DNA of 64,000 nucleotides from Chloroflexota bacterium (GCA_014360755.1 JACIWX010000003.1:283678-347677); one strand, 5' to 3'; positions 47,415-57,478 are shown, numbered from the stretch's first letter. The notes: a model not told the origin generated them from the sequence alone. Translations and numbers: made by a program.

Positions 47415-47498
47415 ATTCAATAACCCGCCAGCTTTCGATCTGATGATGTAGCCTGCTGGCGGAAACCACCCTAATCAACGGAGAGAAGGAGAGCATCT

Positions 47499-49781
47499 AT
47501 GTCAAGGTATATTGCAACCCGTGCTATTCGCGGCGCGAATCTGATCGTTGCCGAAGCCGAGAGGATGCTGAAAGAGGCTATTGCAGAACTGGGGCCAGAT
47601 ACGCCGGTCAAATTTACCAACACCGCTTATTATCTCCCCGTTATCCTGGCTTTCACCGGGCGTGAGGTGAGCAAACTGGGTGACCTTGTGCCCGTTATTG
47701 AGGATGCAAAGCGGATTTTACATCCTATCCCGGGCGATAAACTGTGGTTACCCTACCTTGGCGAGACGCTGGACTGCGGTATGGCCACGCTCCTCGCTGA
47801 GGAAGCCATCGAGGGCATCCGCTTCGCGCGTGGTCTGGAGCCACAACCGATTACCTGGGAGGGCAGTTATATCCCCAGCACCAGTTTCACCTCCCCTGAT
47901 ATGGAAGCACAAGCCGGGAAGCGCCTCAATGGGCCTATTGATGACATTCAATTGCGCGCTTGGGGCATTCAACTGGTAGATGGCCGCATGCCCGGCTTTG
48001 CTGCGATCGTTGGCTGCGCCAAGAGCAATGAAGTAGCAGTGCAAATTGTGCGCGAACTGCAGCAGCGCAACATCCTCGTCTTCCTGTGTGGCAACGTCAA
48101 TGGACGCAGTATTATCCACCAATTGATGGAAGAAGGGGTCGAGATGGGTTATGACACCTATATCATCCCCTTCGGTACGGACACCATCGCTGCGATCTAC
48201 CCTCTCGGTTTTGCCGCACGCAGTGCACTGACCTTTGGCGGGCTGAAACCAGGCCAGGCGCGCGAAATCCTCCTGTATAACAAGTACCGTGTTTTCGCCT
48301 TTGTGTTAGCCCTGGGTGAAGTAGATGACCTGAAATACGCCACTGCTGCAGGTGCAATTAACTATGGCTTCCCGACGATTGCCGATACCGTGATCCCCCA
48401 GATATTGCCTACCGGCGTTACAACCTACGAGCATGTCATCAGCATGCCCTTTGATGACATCGAGGGGAAAGACGACCTGGAACGTGCGAAGAAGCTGGTG
48501 CAACGCTGCATCGAAGTGCGCGGGGTGAAAATTAAGATCACCGAAGTGCCCATTCCCGTGCCCTATGGTTCTGCCTTTGAAGGCGAACGTGTGCGCAAGG
48601 CAGATATGCGCGTGGAATTTGGCGGCAAGTACAGTCGCTGCTTCGAGTACTTGAAGATGTCCGACTTTGACGCGGTGGAAGATGGCAAGATCACCGTGGT
48701 CGGGCCCGGTTTCGAAGATGTGCCGCCAGAGGGTTCGATGGACATGGGCATTGTGGTCGAAGTAGCCGGGCGCAAAATGCAGGAGGACTTTGAGCCTGTG
48801 CTGGAGCGGCAAATTCACTACTTCATCAATGGCGCATCTGGCATCCAGCACATTGGCCAGCGCGATATCGCCTGGATCCGCATCAGCAAAGCGGCAGCAG
48901 AGAAGGGCTTTAAGCTGGAACACTTTGGGAAAATTCTGTATGCCCGCTTCCATGGGGACTTTGGCGCCATTGTGGACAAAGTGCAGGTTACCATCTACAC
49001 TGACAAAGCCAAGATGGAGGAGTGGCTAGCGAAAGCACGCGAAGCCTACGATCGCCGCAACAGGCGTCTGGCAGATATGACTGATGAGTCGGTAGAAGAA
49101 TTCTACAGTTGTACTCTGTGCCAGAGCTTTGCCCCCAACCATGTCTGCGTTGTGTCACCAGAACGACTGGGGCTGTGTGGCGCGTACAACTGGCTGGATT
49201 GCAAAGCCTCCCATCAGATTAACCCTACCGGGCCGAATCAACCCATCCGAAAAGGTACTTGCGAGGACCCTGTTTATGGCATTTTCAGCGGGGTGAATGA
49301 ATTCGTATACCAGCATTCTCATCAGTCCGTGCAGCAGGTTTCCATGTACTCCATCATGGTGAACCCCATGACCGCCTGCGGCTGCTTCGAATGCATTGCG
49401 ATGGTCATCCCCGAAGCCAATGGCATTATGGTCGTTTCCCGCGAAGACCCGAGCATGACCCCTGCTGGCATGACCTTCTCCACGCTGGCTGGCATGGCGG
49501 GTGGTGGATTGCAGACACCTGGCGTGATGGGGCATGGCAAGTATTATCTGACAAGCAAAAAGTTCATTTCTGCGGATGGTGGCTTCAAGCGCGTGGTTTG
49601 GATGTCTTCCTTCCTCAAAGAGACCATGGCTGAGGAGCTCAAGGCGGTTGCCGAGCGCGAGGGCGACCCAGATCTCATTGACAAGATCGCTGATGAACGG
49701 GTAGCGACCACTGTAGATGAGTTATTGCCCTACCTGGAGGAGAAGGGGCATCCTGCGTTGACCATGCCGCCGTTGTTCTAA
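47499..49781 (+). CDS. acsB: acetyl-CoA synthase (CO-methylating acetyl-CoA synthase complex beta subunit, AcsB)
   Basis: 760 aa. A-cluster Cys-Gly-Cys region (...CGCFEC...) and the conserved ACS N-terminal domain. Confidence 0.9.
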   Translation: MSRYIATRAIRGANLIVAEAERMLKEAIAELGPDTPVKFTNTAYYLPVILAFTGREVSKLGDLVPVIEDAKRILHPIPGDKLWLPYLGETLDCGMATLLAEEAIEGIRFARGLEPQPITWEGSYIPSTSFTSPDMEAQAGKRLNGPIDDIQLRAWGIQLVDGRMPGFAAIVGCAKSNEVAVQIVRELQQRNILVFLCGNVNGRSIIHQLMEEGVEMGYDTYIIPFGTDTIAAIYPLGFAARSALTFGGLKPGQAREILLYNKYRVFAFVLALGEVDDLKYATAAGAINYGFPTIADTVIPQILPTGVTTYEHVISMPFDDIEGKDDLERAKKLVQRCIEVRGVKIKITEVPIPVPYGSAFEGERVRKADMRVEFGGKYSRCFEYLKMSDFDAVEDGKITVVGPGFEDVPPEGSMDMGIVVEVAGRKMQEDFEPVLERQIHYFINGASGIQHIGQRDIAWIRISKAAAEKGFKLEHFGKILYARFHGDFGAIVDKVQVTIYTDKAKMEEWLAKAREAYDRRNRRLADMTDESVEEFYSCTLCQSFAPNHVCVVSPERLGLCGAYNWLDCKASHQINPTGPNQPIRKGTCEDPVYGIFSGVNEFVYQHSHQSVQQVSMYSIMVNPMTACGCFECIAMVIPEANGIMVVSREDPSMTPAGMTFSTLAGMAGGGLQTPGVMGHGKYYLTSKKFISADGGFKRVVWMSSFLKETMAEELKAVAEREGDPDLIDKIADERVATTVDELLPYLEEKGHPALTMPPLF

Positions 49782-49911
49782 ATCAGAGTGGCAAGCTTGG
49801 CTCCCACACTGCACTTCATCTACGGAGTAAGAGGAGCCCAGGCAGCGTGAAAATCATATCGCCTAGACACGGTACACTGCTAAGTTTGAAAAATCTAAGG
49901 AGATGTAGAGA

Positions 49912-50298
49912 ATGGCTGAATTCGTTAAGGATCTGATGCGTCATGGGGCTGTTACTTGTGGTTTGGATACCACCGTTAAAGAAATTGCCCAAATCATGGT
50001 GTTTAACCGCATTCGCTATGTCGTTGTAACGGATGATCATGGAGCCGTCGCTGGCATTATCTCAGCGCGCAGTATTCTGAAGGCATGGGGCAAAGATTTG
50101 GAAAAGACCACGGCAAAAGATATCCTTCTACCGTACACGATCACGACCACTCCTGACACACCTCTTGCAGAAGCCATTAAGCTCATGCAGCAGAGGCGTA
50201 TCCAGCATTTAGTTATTGTCAGCGACAGCCCACGACCCAAGCGAGTGGTAGGTATCTTGAGTGCTTCCGATATTGTCCGGTATATGGCCAGAACCTAA
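49912..50298 (+). CDS. CBS-pair domain protein (paralog 1 of 3)
   Basis: Two CBS motifs (VTCGLDTTVKEIAQIM...RYVVVTDD; ...HLVIVSD...VGILSASDIV). Confidence 0.75.
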   Translation: MAEFVKDLMRHGAVTCGLDTTVKEIAQIMVFNRIRYVVVTDDHGAVAGIISARSILKAWGKDLEKTTAKDILLPYTITTTPDTPLAEAIKLMQQRRIQHLVIVSDSPRPKRVVGILSASDIVRYMART

Positions 50299-50347
50299 AA
50301 AACCGATAGAGAGATGGAGTGCAAATAGGCTCATGATGGAGGAGAAA

Positions 50348-50764
50348 ATGGCTTTGGTTAGAGATTATATGCATCGTGGAGTGATCACTTGCCATTTGGA
50401 CACTCCGGTCAAAGAAATTGCCAAGATTATGGATGCCAATAACATCCGCAGTGTAGTGGTTACCGATGACCGTGGTGAAGTGTGGGGGATTGTTTCACTC
50501 ATCAGCATCCTCAAAGCGTGGGGGAAAGACTTGGAAAAGCTGACCGCCGAGGATATCCTGCAACCATACACCGTTACTATTTCCCCAGAGTCGCCGATCG
50601 AAGAGGCAGTAAAACTGCTGCAGAAGAAAAGGATCGAGCACTTGGTGATTGTTCATCCTGGAGTGGTGCGGCGAGCCGTGGGCATTCTCACGACCTTTGA
50701 CATTATTCAGCACATGGCTGGGATGCCTGCAGGTACCTACCGCGCAAGTATGCAATTGGGATAA
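50348..50764 (+). CDS. CBS-pair domain protein (paralog 2 of 3)
   Basis: About 55% identical to paralog 1 (MALVRDYMHRGVITCHLDTPVKEIAKIM...). ATG at 50348 after GGAGGAG. The ORF-track start at 50261 overlaps paralog 1. Confidence 0.7.
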   Translation: MALVRDYMHRGVITCHLDTPVKEIAKIMDANNIRSVVVTDDRGEVWGIVSLISILKAWGKDLEKLTAEDILQPYTVTISPESPIEEAVKLLQKKRIEHLVIVHPGVVRRAVGILTTFDIIQHMAGMPAGTYRASMQLG

Positions 50765-50817
50765 CAAGGCGATCGAGAAGGGATTGCTCGAGGGTTTTGG
50801 ATGAAGGGAGCAGGGTT

Positions 50818-51243
50818 ATGGCAATGAACGCAAAAGAAAAAATGATGGAAAAGCGAGTGGAAGATGTCATGCACTATGGCGTGATCACTTGCCGCACGGA
50901 CACCCTGCTGAAAGAGGTGGTGCGCATCATCACAGACACTGATGTGCATGCCCTGGTTGTCATCCACGACAATGGCAATGTTGCTGGCATCGTCTCACAC
51001 ATGGATTTGCTCCGGCTGTACGGCCACAACTTGCTCGAATACAAGGCAGAGGACGTGATGACGCCCAATGTCATTACCATCAGCCCAGAGGCAACTGTCA
51101 AAGAAGCGGTGGACTTGATGCTGAAGCACAATATCCGCCGGCTCCTGGTCACGGAAAAGACACCCGAGGGCGAGCGCCCCATAGGCGTGATATCCACAAC
51201 TGATGTAATCAGGGACATGCGCGAGCAGCCCTGGTTTTGGTAA
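50818..51243 (+). CDS. CBS-pair domain protein (paralog 3 of 3)
   Basis: Same architecture (VEDVMHYGVITCRTDTLLKEVVRII...). ATG at 50818 after GAAGGGAG. Confidence 0.7.
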   Translation: MAMNAKEKMMEKRVEDVMHYGVITCRTDTLLKEVVRIITDTDVHALVVIHDNGNVAGIVSHMDLLRLYGHNLLEYKAEDVMTPNVITISPEATVKEAVDLMLKHNIRRLLVTEKTPEGERPIGVISTTDVIRDMREQPWFW

Positions 51244-51308
51244 AAGGAGAGGCAGGATGCAGGATGATATCCTGCATCTTGTATCTTTGGGAAAGGAGAC
51301 ATTGCACA

Positions 51309-52277
51309 ATGCCCATGGCAGTAGAAATCCCGAAAGAGAAATGGACAGGCAAAGTTAGAGAAGTAAAATTGGGTGCGACCGCTGCCGAAGGAGGCACGCG
51401 GCAAAAGACCGTAACGGTGGGCGGAGAGAGTACCCTACCCTTTCTCACGTTCGAAGGGGATATGCCCAATCCACCTGCTATTGCCGTCGAAGTACAGGAT
51501 CGCTATCCCAGTGACTGGTCTGCCGTCCTGAAAGCAGCGTGGGGAGATGTCCTGAATGACCCCGCCGCTTGGGCAAAAAAGGCGGAAGAATATGGTGCCG
51601 ATATCGTTGCCCTCAAACTGCAGAGTGCCCACCCTGAGGCTGGCAATACAGACGCGGCACATGCTGCCGCCACGGTAAAGGCAGTACTGGCTGCCACCGG
51701 GCTGCCTTTGATTGTCTATGGCCCAGGACAAGCCGAGAAGGACAATGAAGTATTGGTAGCCGCCGCAGAAGCGGCAAAGGGCGAGCGCATTGCCTTGGGC
51801 AACTGCGAGGACAAAAACTATCGCACTATCGTAGCGGCAGCCCTAGCACATGGCCACTTAGTGGTCGCCAAGACCCCTATTGACGTCAACCTAGCGAAAC
51901 AATTGAATATCCTCATTAGCGATATGCGCTTGGATCTCGACCGGATCCTGATGGATCCAACTACGGGTGCGTTGGGCTATGGCTTGGAATATACGTACTC
52001 GGTTATGGAGCGCCTTCGCTTGGCGGCGTTGACCGGCGACAGCATGACCCAGCAGCCAATGATCTGCACGGTGGGCGAAGAAGCCTGGCGTGCCAAAGAG
52101 AGCAAGGTGAACGAGGGCGTGCCTGCTGCCTGGGGGGATTGGGAGCGCCGCAGCAAGAATTGGGAAGTGCTTACTGCCAGCACGCTGATCCAGGCAGGAG
52201 CGGACATCGTCGTGTTGCGCCATCCGGAAAGCATCCAGTTAGTCAAACAAGCCATTTCGCAGTGGATGGCGCGGTAA
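51309..52277 (+). CDS. acsD: corrinoid iron-sulfur protein small subunit (CODH/ACS delta subunit, AcsD)
   Basis: TIM-barrel CFeSP small-subunit family (KLGATAAEGGTRQKTVTVGGES...). It precedes acsC. ATG at 51309 after GGAAAGGAGA. Confidence 0.8.
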   Translation: MPMAVEIPKEKWTGKVREVKLGATAAEGGTRQKTVTVGGESTLPFLTFEGDMPNPPAIAVEVQDRYPSDWSAVLKAAWGDVLNDPAAWAKKAEEYGADIVALKLQSAHPEAGNTDAAHAAATVKAVLAATGLPLIVYGPGQAEKDNEVLVAAAEAAKGERIALGNCEDKNYRTIVAAALAHGHLVVAKTPIDVNLAKQLNILISDMRLDLDRILMDPTTGALGYGLEYTYSVMERLRLAALTGDSMTQQPMICTVGEEAWRAKESKVNEGVPAAWGDWERRSKNWEVLTASTLIQAGADIVVLRHPESIQLVKQAISQWMAR

Positions 52278-52355
52278 GGGATCACTCTTTGCTCCCCTAT
52301 CTGCAGAAGGCACTCACTTGCGAGCACTTATCATCCACAGACAAGGAGTAAAAAT

Positions 52356-53702
52356 ATGGGACTGAGCGGGCTTGAAATTTACAAGCTGTTACCCAAAACC
52401 AATTGCAAAGAATGCGGCCAGCCTACTTGCTTGGCTTTTGCGATGAAATTAGCCGCCAAGCAGGCTGAACTGTCGGCTTGCCCTTACGTTTCTGAAGAAT
52501 CAAAAGCCAAACTTGCAGCCGCCGCCGCCCCGCCAATTCGCTTGGTCACAATTGGCACAGGGGACAAGAAATTGGAAATCGGCAATGAAACCGTGCTCTT
52601 CCGCCACGACAAAACCTTCTACCATCCGCCGGGACTGTTCATCCGCCTCAAAGATACCATGCCGCTTTCAGAGTTTGAGGCAATGGTGGAACGCATCCGT
52701 GACTGGGGAGTCGAACGGGTTGGCATTCCACTGTGGGTAACCGGCGTGGCGGTCGAAAATACGTCAGGTGATGCAGAAACTTTCGCCAAGTACGTCGCTG
52801 TAGCGCAGGAGAAAATGGCGCGGCCGCTCGTTCTTATCGCTTCGAACCCCGCTTCTATGGCTGCAGCCCTGCAACAGACAGATGGTTCTGCCCCTCTGGT
52901 CTATGCTGCCACGGCGGACAACTGGCAAGCAATGGCGGAATTGGCTGCGAAGCACAAAGCGCCCATTGCAGTGCGGGGCAATGGCGATCTGGGTGGGCTG
53001 GCAGATCTGGCGGAAAAAGTCAAGGGCGCGGGCGTGGAGGACATCGTCCTCGATCCGGGCATTCGTGATCCGCACGGCACACTGGTAGCGCTCACCCAGT
53101 TGCGCCGCCTCGCCTTGAAGAGCAACTTCCGCCCCCTGGGTTATCCGATTATCACCTTCCCCGGTGAAGGGGCAAATTCCGAAGAGGAAGAAGCCATTCA
53201 GGCTGCCCAGCATATCGCCAAATATGCGGGTGTGATTGTCCTCGATCACTTTGACCCAGCCACGGTCTACCCGCTGATGACACTGCGGCAAAACATCTAT
53301 ACCGACCCGCAAAAACCCATCCAAGTGAGCCCTGGCCTGTACGAGATCTCCAATCCTACTCCCGATTCGCCGCTGCTGGTGACCACCAATTTCTCCCTCA
53401 CCTATTTCAGTGTCGCAGGCGAGGTAGAGGGAAGCGGAAAGCCCACCTGGTTGCTCATTGTGGATTCGGAAGGCATGTCGGTGCTAACTGGCTGGGCTGC
53501 GGGGAAATTTGATGCGGAGAAAATTGCCAAGTCAGTACAGCAGTTCAACGTGCCCAGCAAAATTAGCCACAAGAAAATTGTTATCCCCGGCCTCGTGGCG
53601 AGCATCTCGGGTGAATTGGAGGAGGAACTGCCCGGCTGGGAAGTCCGTGTTGGGCCACGTGAAGCGATAGACATACCTGCTTACCTAAAGACTTGGAACT
53701 GA
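52356..53702 (+). CDS. acsC: corrinoid iron-sulfur protein large subunit (CODH/ACS gamma subunit, AcsC)
   Basis: N-terminal [4Fe-4S] motif (CKECGQPTCLAFAMKLA...CP) and 448-aa length. Confidence 0.85.
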   Translation: MGLSGLEIYKLLPKTNCKECGQPTCLAFAMKLAAKQAELSACPYVSEESKAKLAAAAAPPIRLVTIGTGDKKLEIGNETVLFRHDKTFYHPPGLFIRLKDTMPLSEFEAMVERIRDWGVERVGIPLWVTGVAVENTSGDAETFAKYVAVAQEKMARPLVLIASNPASMAAALQQTDGSAPLVYAATADNWQAMAELAAKHKAPIAVRGNGDLGGLADLAEKVKGAGVEDIVLDPGIRDPHGTLVALTQLRRLALKSNFRPLGYPIITFPGEGANSEEEEAIQAAQHIAKYAGVIVLDHFDPATVYPLMTLRQNIYTDPQKPIQVSPGLYEISNPTPDSPLLVTTNFSLTYFSVAGEVEGSGKPTWLLIVDSEGMSVLTGWAAGKFDAEKIAKSVQQFNVPSKISHKKIVIPGLVASISGELEEELPGWEVRVGPREAIDIPAYLKTWN

Positions 53703-53748
53703 TTGGCTAGAGTTTTTCATGACCAAATCCCAATGATCAGACTCCATA

Positions 53749-54834
53749 TTGGAGTCTGGTCATTGGGAGTCCTACTCGGGAGCAGAGTCCGTGCTATATT
53801 TTGTGTCCGTAAAGTTAGCCCTGGGCTATCTGCTTTTCTCCTTCCTGTCCGCCCTAGGGATCCTGCAGTTGGTTGCTACGCGTTATCGTTTGCGCGGCTT
53901 GGCTTTTCTCGATCATGCGCAGCACGGCGCGAAAGGTTACGCCCTGGCTGCATTGCTGATCGTCTGCGGGGCGTTGCTCTTTTTCGCAGGGCAATGGCAC
54001 GCTATTCTCACGCCAGGACCGGCCGGTAGCGAACTGGCTTTCCTTTTTGGACTCAGCGCCACGGGAGCGCTAGCGGTTACCTGTATTGTTACATCCATTG
54101 TACAAAAACGGCGTCCTGGTTTCCTGACACAAGCCATTACTGACCAAGGCGAGACAGTAACGGTCGGACGTGGAACAGGACGCCTTTACCTACCACATAA
54201 CCTGAACGCTCCTGCACCTGCTGTGGTCCTTGTGCCAGGTTTGAACAACAATGAAGGGGACCTCACGATCCTGGCACACCAAATGGCAGAGGAGGGCTTC
54301 GCTGCGCTGGTGATTTGCCTGGATAGAGGATCGTGTTTGTATCCGGAGGTACTGACCATTGTGCCAGCAGCCATATCCATGCTTAGTAAGCGACCTGAAA
54401 TAGATGAACAGCGGCTGGGCATTGTAGGGCATGGTTTGGGCGGGGATCTCGCTATCCGCGCAGCGAGTACGGATAAGCAAATCAAAGCAGTGGCGGCTTT
54501 GGCTCCTGTCCTTGTGGAGGTGCAGCCAAGCCTGGATTTGTTGCGCGAAATGCCCTATCTAGAGGCATTGCGCTGGGCACGAGACCGGAGCCGCGCTAAC
54601 TTGCGCGCTGCATTGAACGCGCTCGAATACGGAAGCAGGATTGCTCCTAGGTCCTTCCTCCTGTTGTATGGAGCAGAGGACCGCTTGGTAAGCAGAACAC
54701 CCACGGAAGCGTGGCAAGCGCAACAAGCCACCTCCATGCGTTTGGAAGTGATCGAAGGTGTGGGGCATTTTGATCTGGTAAAGCATCCGGTAGCGGTGCG
54801 AGTCCTGATACAGTGGTTGAGGGAGCATCTGTAA
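53749..54834 (+). CDS. membrane-anchored alpha/beta-hydrolase-fold protein (nucleophile elbow reads GHGLGG; possible pseudo-hydrolase)
   Basis: 3-4 N-terminal TM helices, then an alpha/beta-hydrolase core (VVLVPGLNNNEGD...LGIVGHGLGGDLAIRAA...GVGHFD). The Gx-S-xG nucleophile position appears to be occupied by Gly. Confidence 0.55.
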   Translation: MESGHWESYSGAESVLYFVSVKLALGYLLFSFLSALGILQLVATRYRLRGLAFLDHAQHGAKGYALAALLIVCGALLFFAGQWHAILTPGPAGSELAFLFGLSATGALAVTCIVTSIVQKRRPGFLTQAITDQGETVTVGRGTGRLYLPHNLNAPAPAVVLVPGLNNNEGDLTILAHQMAEEGFAALVICLDRGSCLYPEVLTIVPAAISMLSKRPEIDEQRLGIVGHGLGGDLAIRAASTDKQIKAVAALAPVLVEVQPSLDLLREMPYLEALRWARDRSRANLRAALNALEYGSRIAPRSFLLLYGAEDRLVSRTPTEAWQAQQATSMRLEVIEGVGHFDLVKHPVAVRVLIQWLREHL

Positions 54835-54838
54835 ACGC

Positions 54839-55417
54839 ATGGCTATTGATTGGGCTCTGTTTCAATTCGCCAATGGGCTGGCAGGCCGTTCGCCTATTCT
54901 CGATCGCATCATCCAGATACTCATGAATGACTATGCCTTGACCACGGCGATGGTGCTGGTGCTGTTTGCGTTGTGGTTCAGCGGCAGCAGTCTAGAAGCA
55001 CGAGAGCGGAATCAGCGTGCTGTGCTTTCCACTATCGTTGCCGTTTTGCTGGCTAACCTTATCGTCAAGGCATGCAACTTGATCTTCTATCGGCCGCGTC
55101 CTTTTGCCTATCACGAGGTAACGCTGCTGTTCTACCATCCATCGGACTCTTCTTTTCCCAGCAACGCGGCTACGGTGGGCTTCTGCATTGCGGCTTCTGT
55201 CTGGCTGTTTAACCACAAGGCGGGCTTTCTTTTGTACACCCTGTCTTGTCTGCTTGCCCTGGCACGGGTATGCGGCGGCGTGCACTATCCCAGCGACATC
55301 CTGGGTGGGCTGTTGGTCAGCACGTTTTCCGCATGGCTAGTGATTAGGAAATGGCACTTCCTAGACCGCTGGTGGATGGCGATCATCCACTGGCTACGAC
55401 GCTGGTTATTGGCTTGA
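54839..55417 (+). CDS. PAP2-superfamily (type 2 phosphatidic acid phosphatase-like) membrane protein
   Basis: Motif I-like KACNLIFYRPRP and motif III ARVCGGVHYPSD (R-x5-H-x3-D) are present. The motif II position reads FPSNAA instead of PSGH. Confidence 0.6.
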   Translation: MAIDWALFQFANGLAGRSPILDRIIQILMNDYALTTAMVLVLFALWFSGSSLEARERNQRAVLSTIVAVLLANLIVKACNLIFYRPRPFAYHEVTLLFYHPSDSSFPSNAATVGFCIAASVWLFNHKAGFLLYTLSCLLALARVCGGVHYPSDILGGLLVSTFSAWLVIRKWHFLDRWWMAIIHWLRRWLLA

Positions 55418-55434
55418 GGCATACGTTACGCAAG

Positions 55435-57414
55435 ATGAAGAACGCTGGTACACACGCAACAGGGCTACAGGAGGCGAAGTACCACATTGCCTTCAGACCC
55501 GACGCAAAAATGGTTACGGTGCCTGAAGGGACGCTGTTGAGCGATGCCATCGCTCAAGCAGGCATCCGCTTCAACCTGCCCTGCGGGGGACAGGGGCGGT
55601 GTGGCCGCTGCAAGGTTGTCGTGGAAAAGGGCGAGGTCAAGCGGCGCGGTACCAGCCGACTGTCAACCGTAGAACTGGAGCAGGGTTACGCCTTAGCCTG
55701 TCAAACGATGGTTTACGACGACTTGCAAGTCTTTATCCCGCCTCAGGAAGCCATCCTGCGCCGCTTGCCCAGTGAGAAAGCGGCAGCTGAAATTCCGACT
55801 TTGCCCGTAGAATGCGATTGGCAAAGCAATCCGATTGTGCAAAAGTTTTTCCTCACCATCGAGCCCCCCAGCCTTTCCGATAATACGACTGATTTTGAGC
55901 GCTTACAACGCGAACTGGCAAAGCAGTACAACATCAGGAACATCGTCGCCGGCCTGCCGGTGCTGCGCAAGTTGGCACGGACACTGCGCGAATCGGAAAA
56001 GGAAAGCCAAGGTTGGCAAGTCACCGCGGTGCTCGAAATGGGCTCTTGGCTGGACGAGGACGCGCCACCGCGTTTGATAGACCTGCGTCCAGGGGATCAC
56101 ACAGGGCGTACCCTAGCCGTGGCTGTGGACATTGGCACGACCACCAATGTGGTCTATCTGGTAGATTTAGCGAGTGGTAAATTTATCGACAGCGCAGCAG
56201 CCTACAACGCACAGATATCCTGTGGTGAAGACATCATCTCGCGCATCCTTTATGCCAGGAAAGAAGGCGGGCTGGAACATCTGCAAAGGCTTGTCGTTGG
56301 GACCATCAATGAACTGTTGCATGAACTGGCTGAACGCAACCGGATTGACCTGAGCGAAATCTATGCCATGACTGTTGCCGGCAACACCACGATGATCCAT
56401 CTATTCCTCGCCCTCGACCCATCCTTCATTCGGCTGGAACCTTACATTCCAACCATCAATCATCCCCCACCGGTGCGCGCTGCTGAGCTGGGCATCCATA
56501 TCTGCCCGGAAGCGCCGGTGGATTGCTTGCCTAGCGTAGGAGCGTATGTCGGCGGGGACATTACCGCGGGCGTGCTCAGTTCAGGCATGTTCAAGACCGA
56601 TACACTGACCCTTTTCATTGACGTGGGCACCAACGGCGAGATCGTATTGGGCAATGCTGATTGGCTCATCTGTTGCGCTTGCTCAGCAGGGCCTGCTTTT
56701 GAAGGCGCCGGTGTCCATTCAGGCATGCGCGCTACAGTGGGCGCTATCGAAGAAGTATGGATCAACGCCCAAACCTACGAACCCACATATCAGGTCATTG
56801 GCAACGTGCCCCCACGTGGCATCTGCGGCTCAGCCATGATTTCACTGCTGGCGGAAATGTTCATCACCGGCATTATAGACAAATCGGGCCGCATCAATCG
56901 CCATCTCAATACCCCGCGCATACGGATGGGAGAGCATGGCCCGGAATATGTGGTAGCCTGGGCGAAGGAGACGCGTAACCAAGAGGAAGACATTGTCTTG
57001 ACGGAAGTGGACATCTCTAATCTCATCCGCGCCAAGGGCGCCATTTACGCCGGCTTCTCCGTGCTGACTGCCAGCGTAGGTATTGACTTGGCTGATGTAG
57101 AACAGGTGCTCATCGGTGGCGCTTTTGGCAAGTACATTGACGTCGAAAAAGCGATTCAGATTGGCTTGCTGCCGGACATGCCCTGGGAGCGCTTCAAGTA
57201 TCTGGGCAACACATCCGTCTTGGGGGCTTTTACCGCTTTGCTTTGCCGGGATATGCGACGCGAAGTGGTCGAGATTGCCCGGAAGATGACCTATCTAGAA
57301 CTGAGTGCCGACAACCGTTTCATGGAACAGTTCACTTCGGCATTGTTCTTGCCGCACACCGACATGACTGCTTTCCCCTCGGTGCTGCGCTTGCTGGACC
57401 AGCAGGGGAAATAG
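55435..57414 (+). CDS. corrinoid activation/regeneration protein (RACo-like: N-terminal [2Fe-2S] plant-type ferredoxin + ASKHA ATPase)
   Basis: CGGQGRCGRCKV [2Fe-2S] motif, then a large ASKHA-fold region (AVDIGTTTNVVYL..., ...AGNTTM...). The start is ambiguous; ATG at 55435 is chosen. Confidence 0.7.
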   Translation: MKNAGTHATGLQEAKYHIAFRPDAKMVTVPEGTLLSDAIAQAGIRFNLPCGGQGRCGRCKVVVEKGEVKRRGTSRLSTVELEQGYALACQTMVYDDLQVFIPPQEAILRRLPSEKAAAEIPTLPVECDWQSNPIVQKFFLTIEPPSLSDNTTDFERLQRELAKQYNIRNIVAGLPVLRKLARTLRESEKESQGWQVTAVLEMGSWLDEDAPPRLIDLRPGDHTGRTLAVAVDIGTTTNVVYLVDLASGKFIDSAAAYNAQISCGEDIISRILYARKEGGLEHLQRLVVGTINELLHELAERNRIDLSEIYAMTVAGNTTMIHLFLALDPSFIRLEPYIPTINHPPPVRAAELGIHICPEAPVDCLPSVGAYVGGDITAGVLSSGMFKTDTLTLFIDVGTNGEIVLGNADWLICCACSAGPAFEGAGVHSGMRATVGAIEEVWINAQTYEPTYQVIGNVPPRGICGSAMISLLAEMFITGIIDKSGRINRHLNTPRIRMGEHGPEYVVAWAKETRNQEEDIVLTEVDISNLIRAKGAIYAGFSVLTASVGIDLADVEQVLIGGAFGKYIDVEKAIQIGLLPDMPWERFKYLGNTSVLGAFTALLCRDMRREVVEIARKMTYLELSADNRFMEQFTSALFLPHTDMTAFPSVLRLLDQQGK

Positions 57415-57478
57415 TCTACAAACCATAACAAAGTATGGTATTATCTATTATTGAACACATTGGGAGAGAGAAGCGAAC

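Noticed and set aside
53703-54029. ORF 53703-54029(+) immediately after acsC.
   Set aside because: Out of frame with, and overlapping, the alpha/beta-hydrolase gene that starts at 53749 and has a coherent TM-plus-hydrolase architecture.
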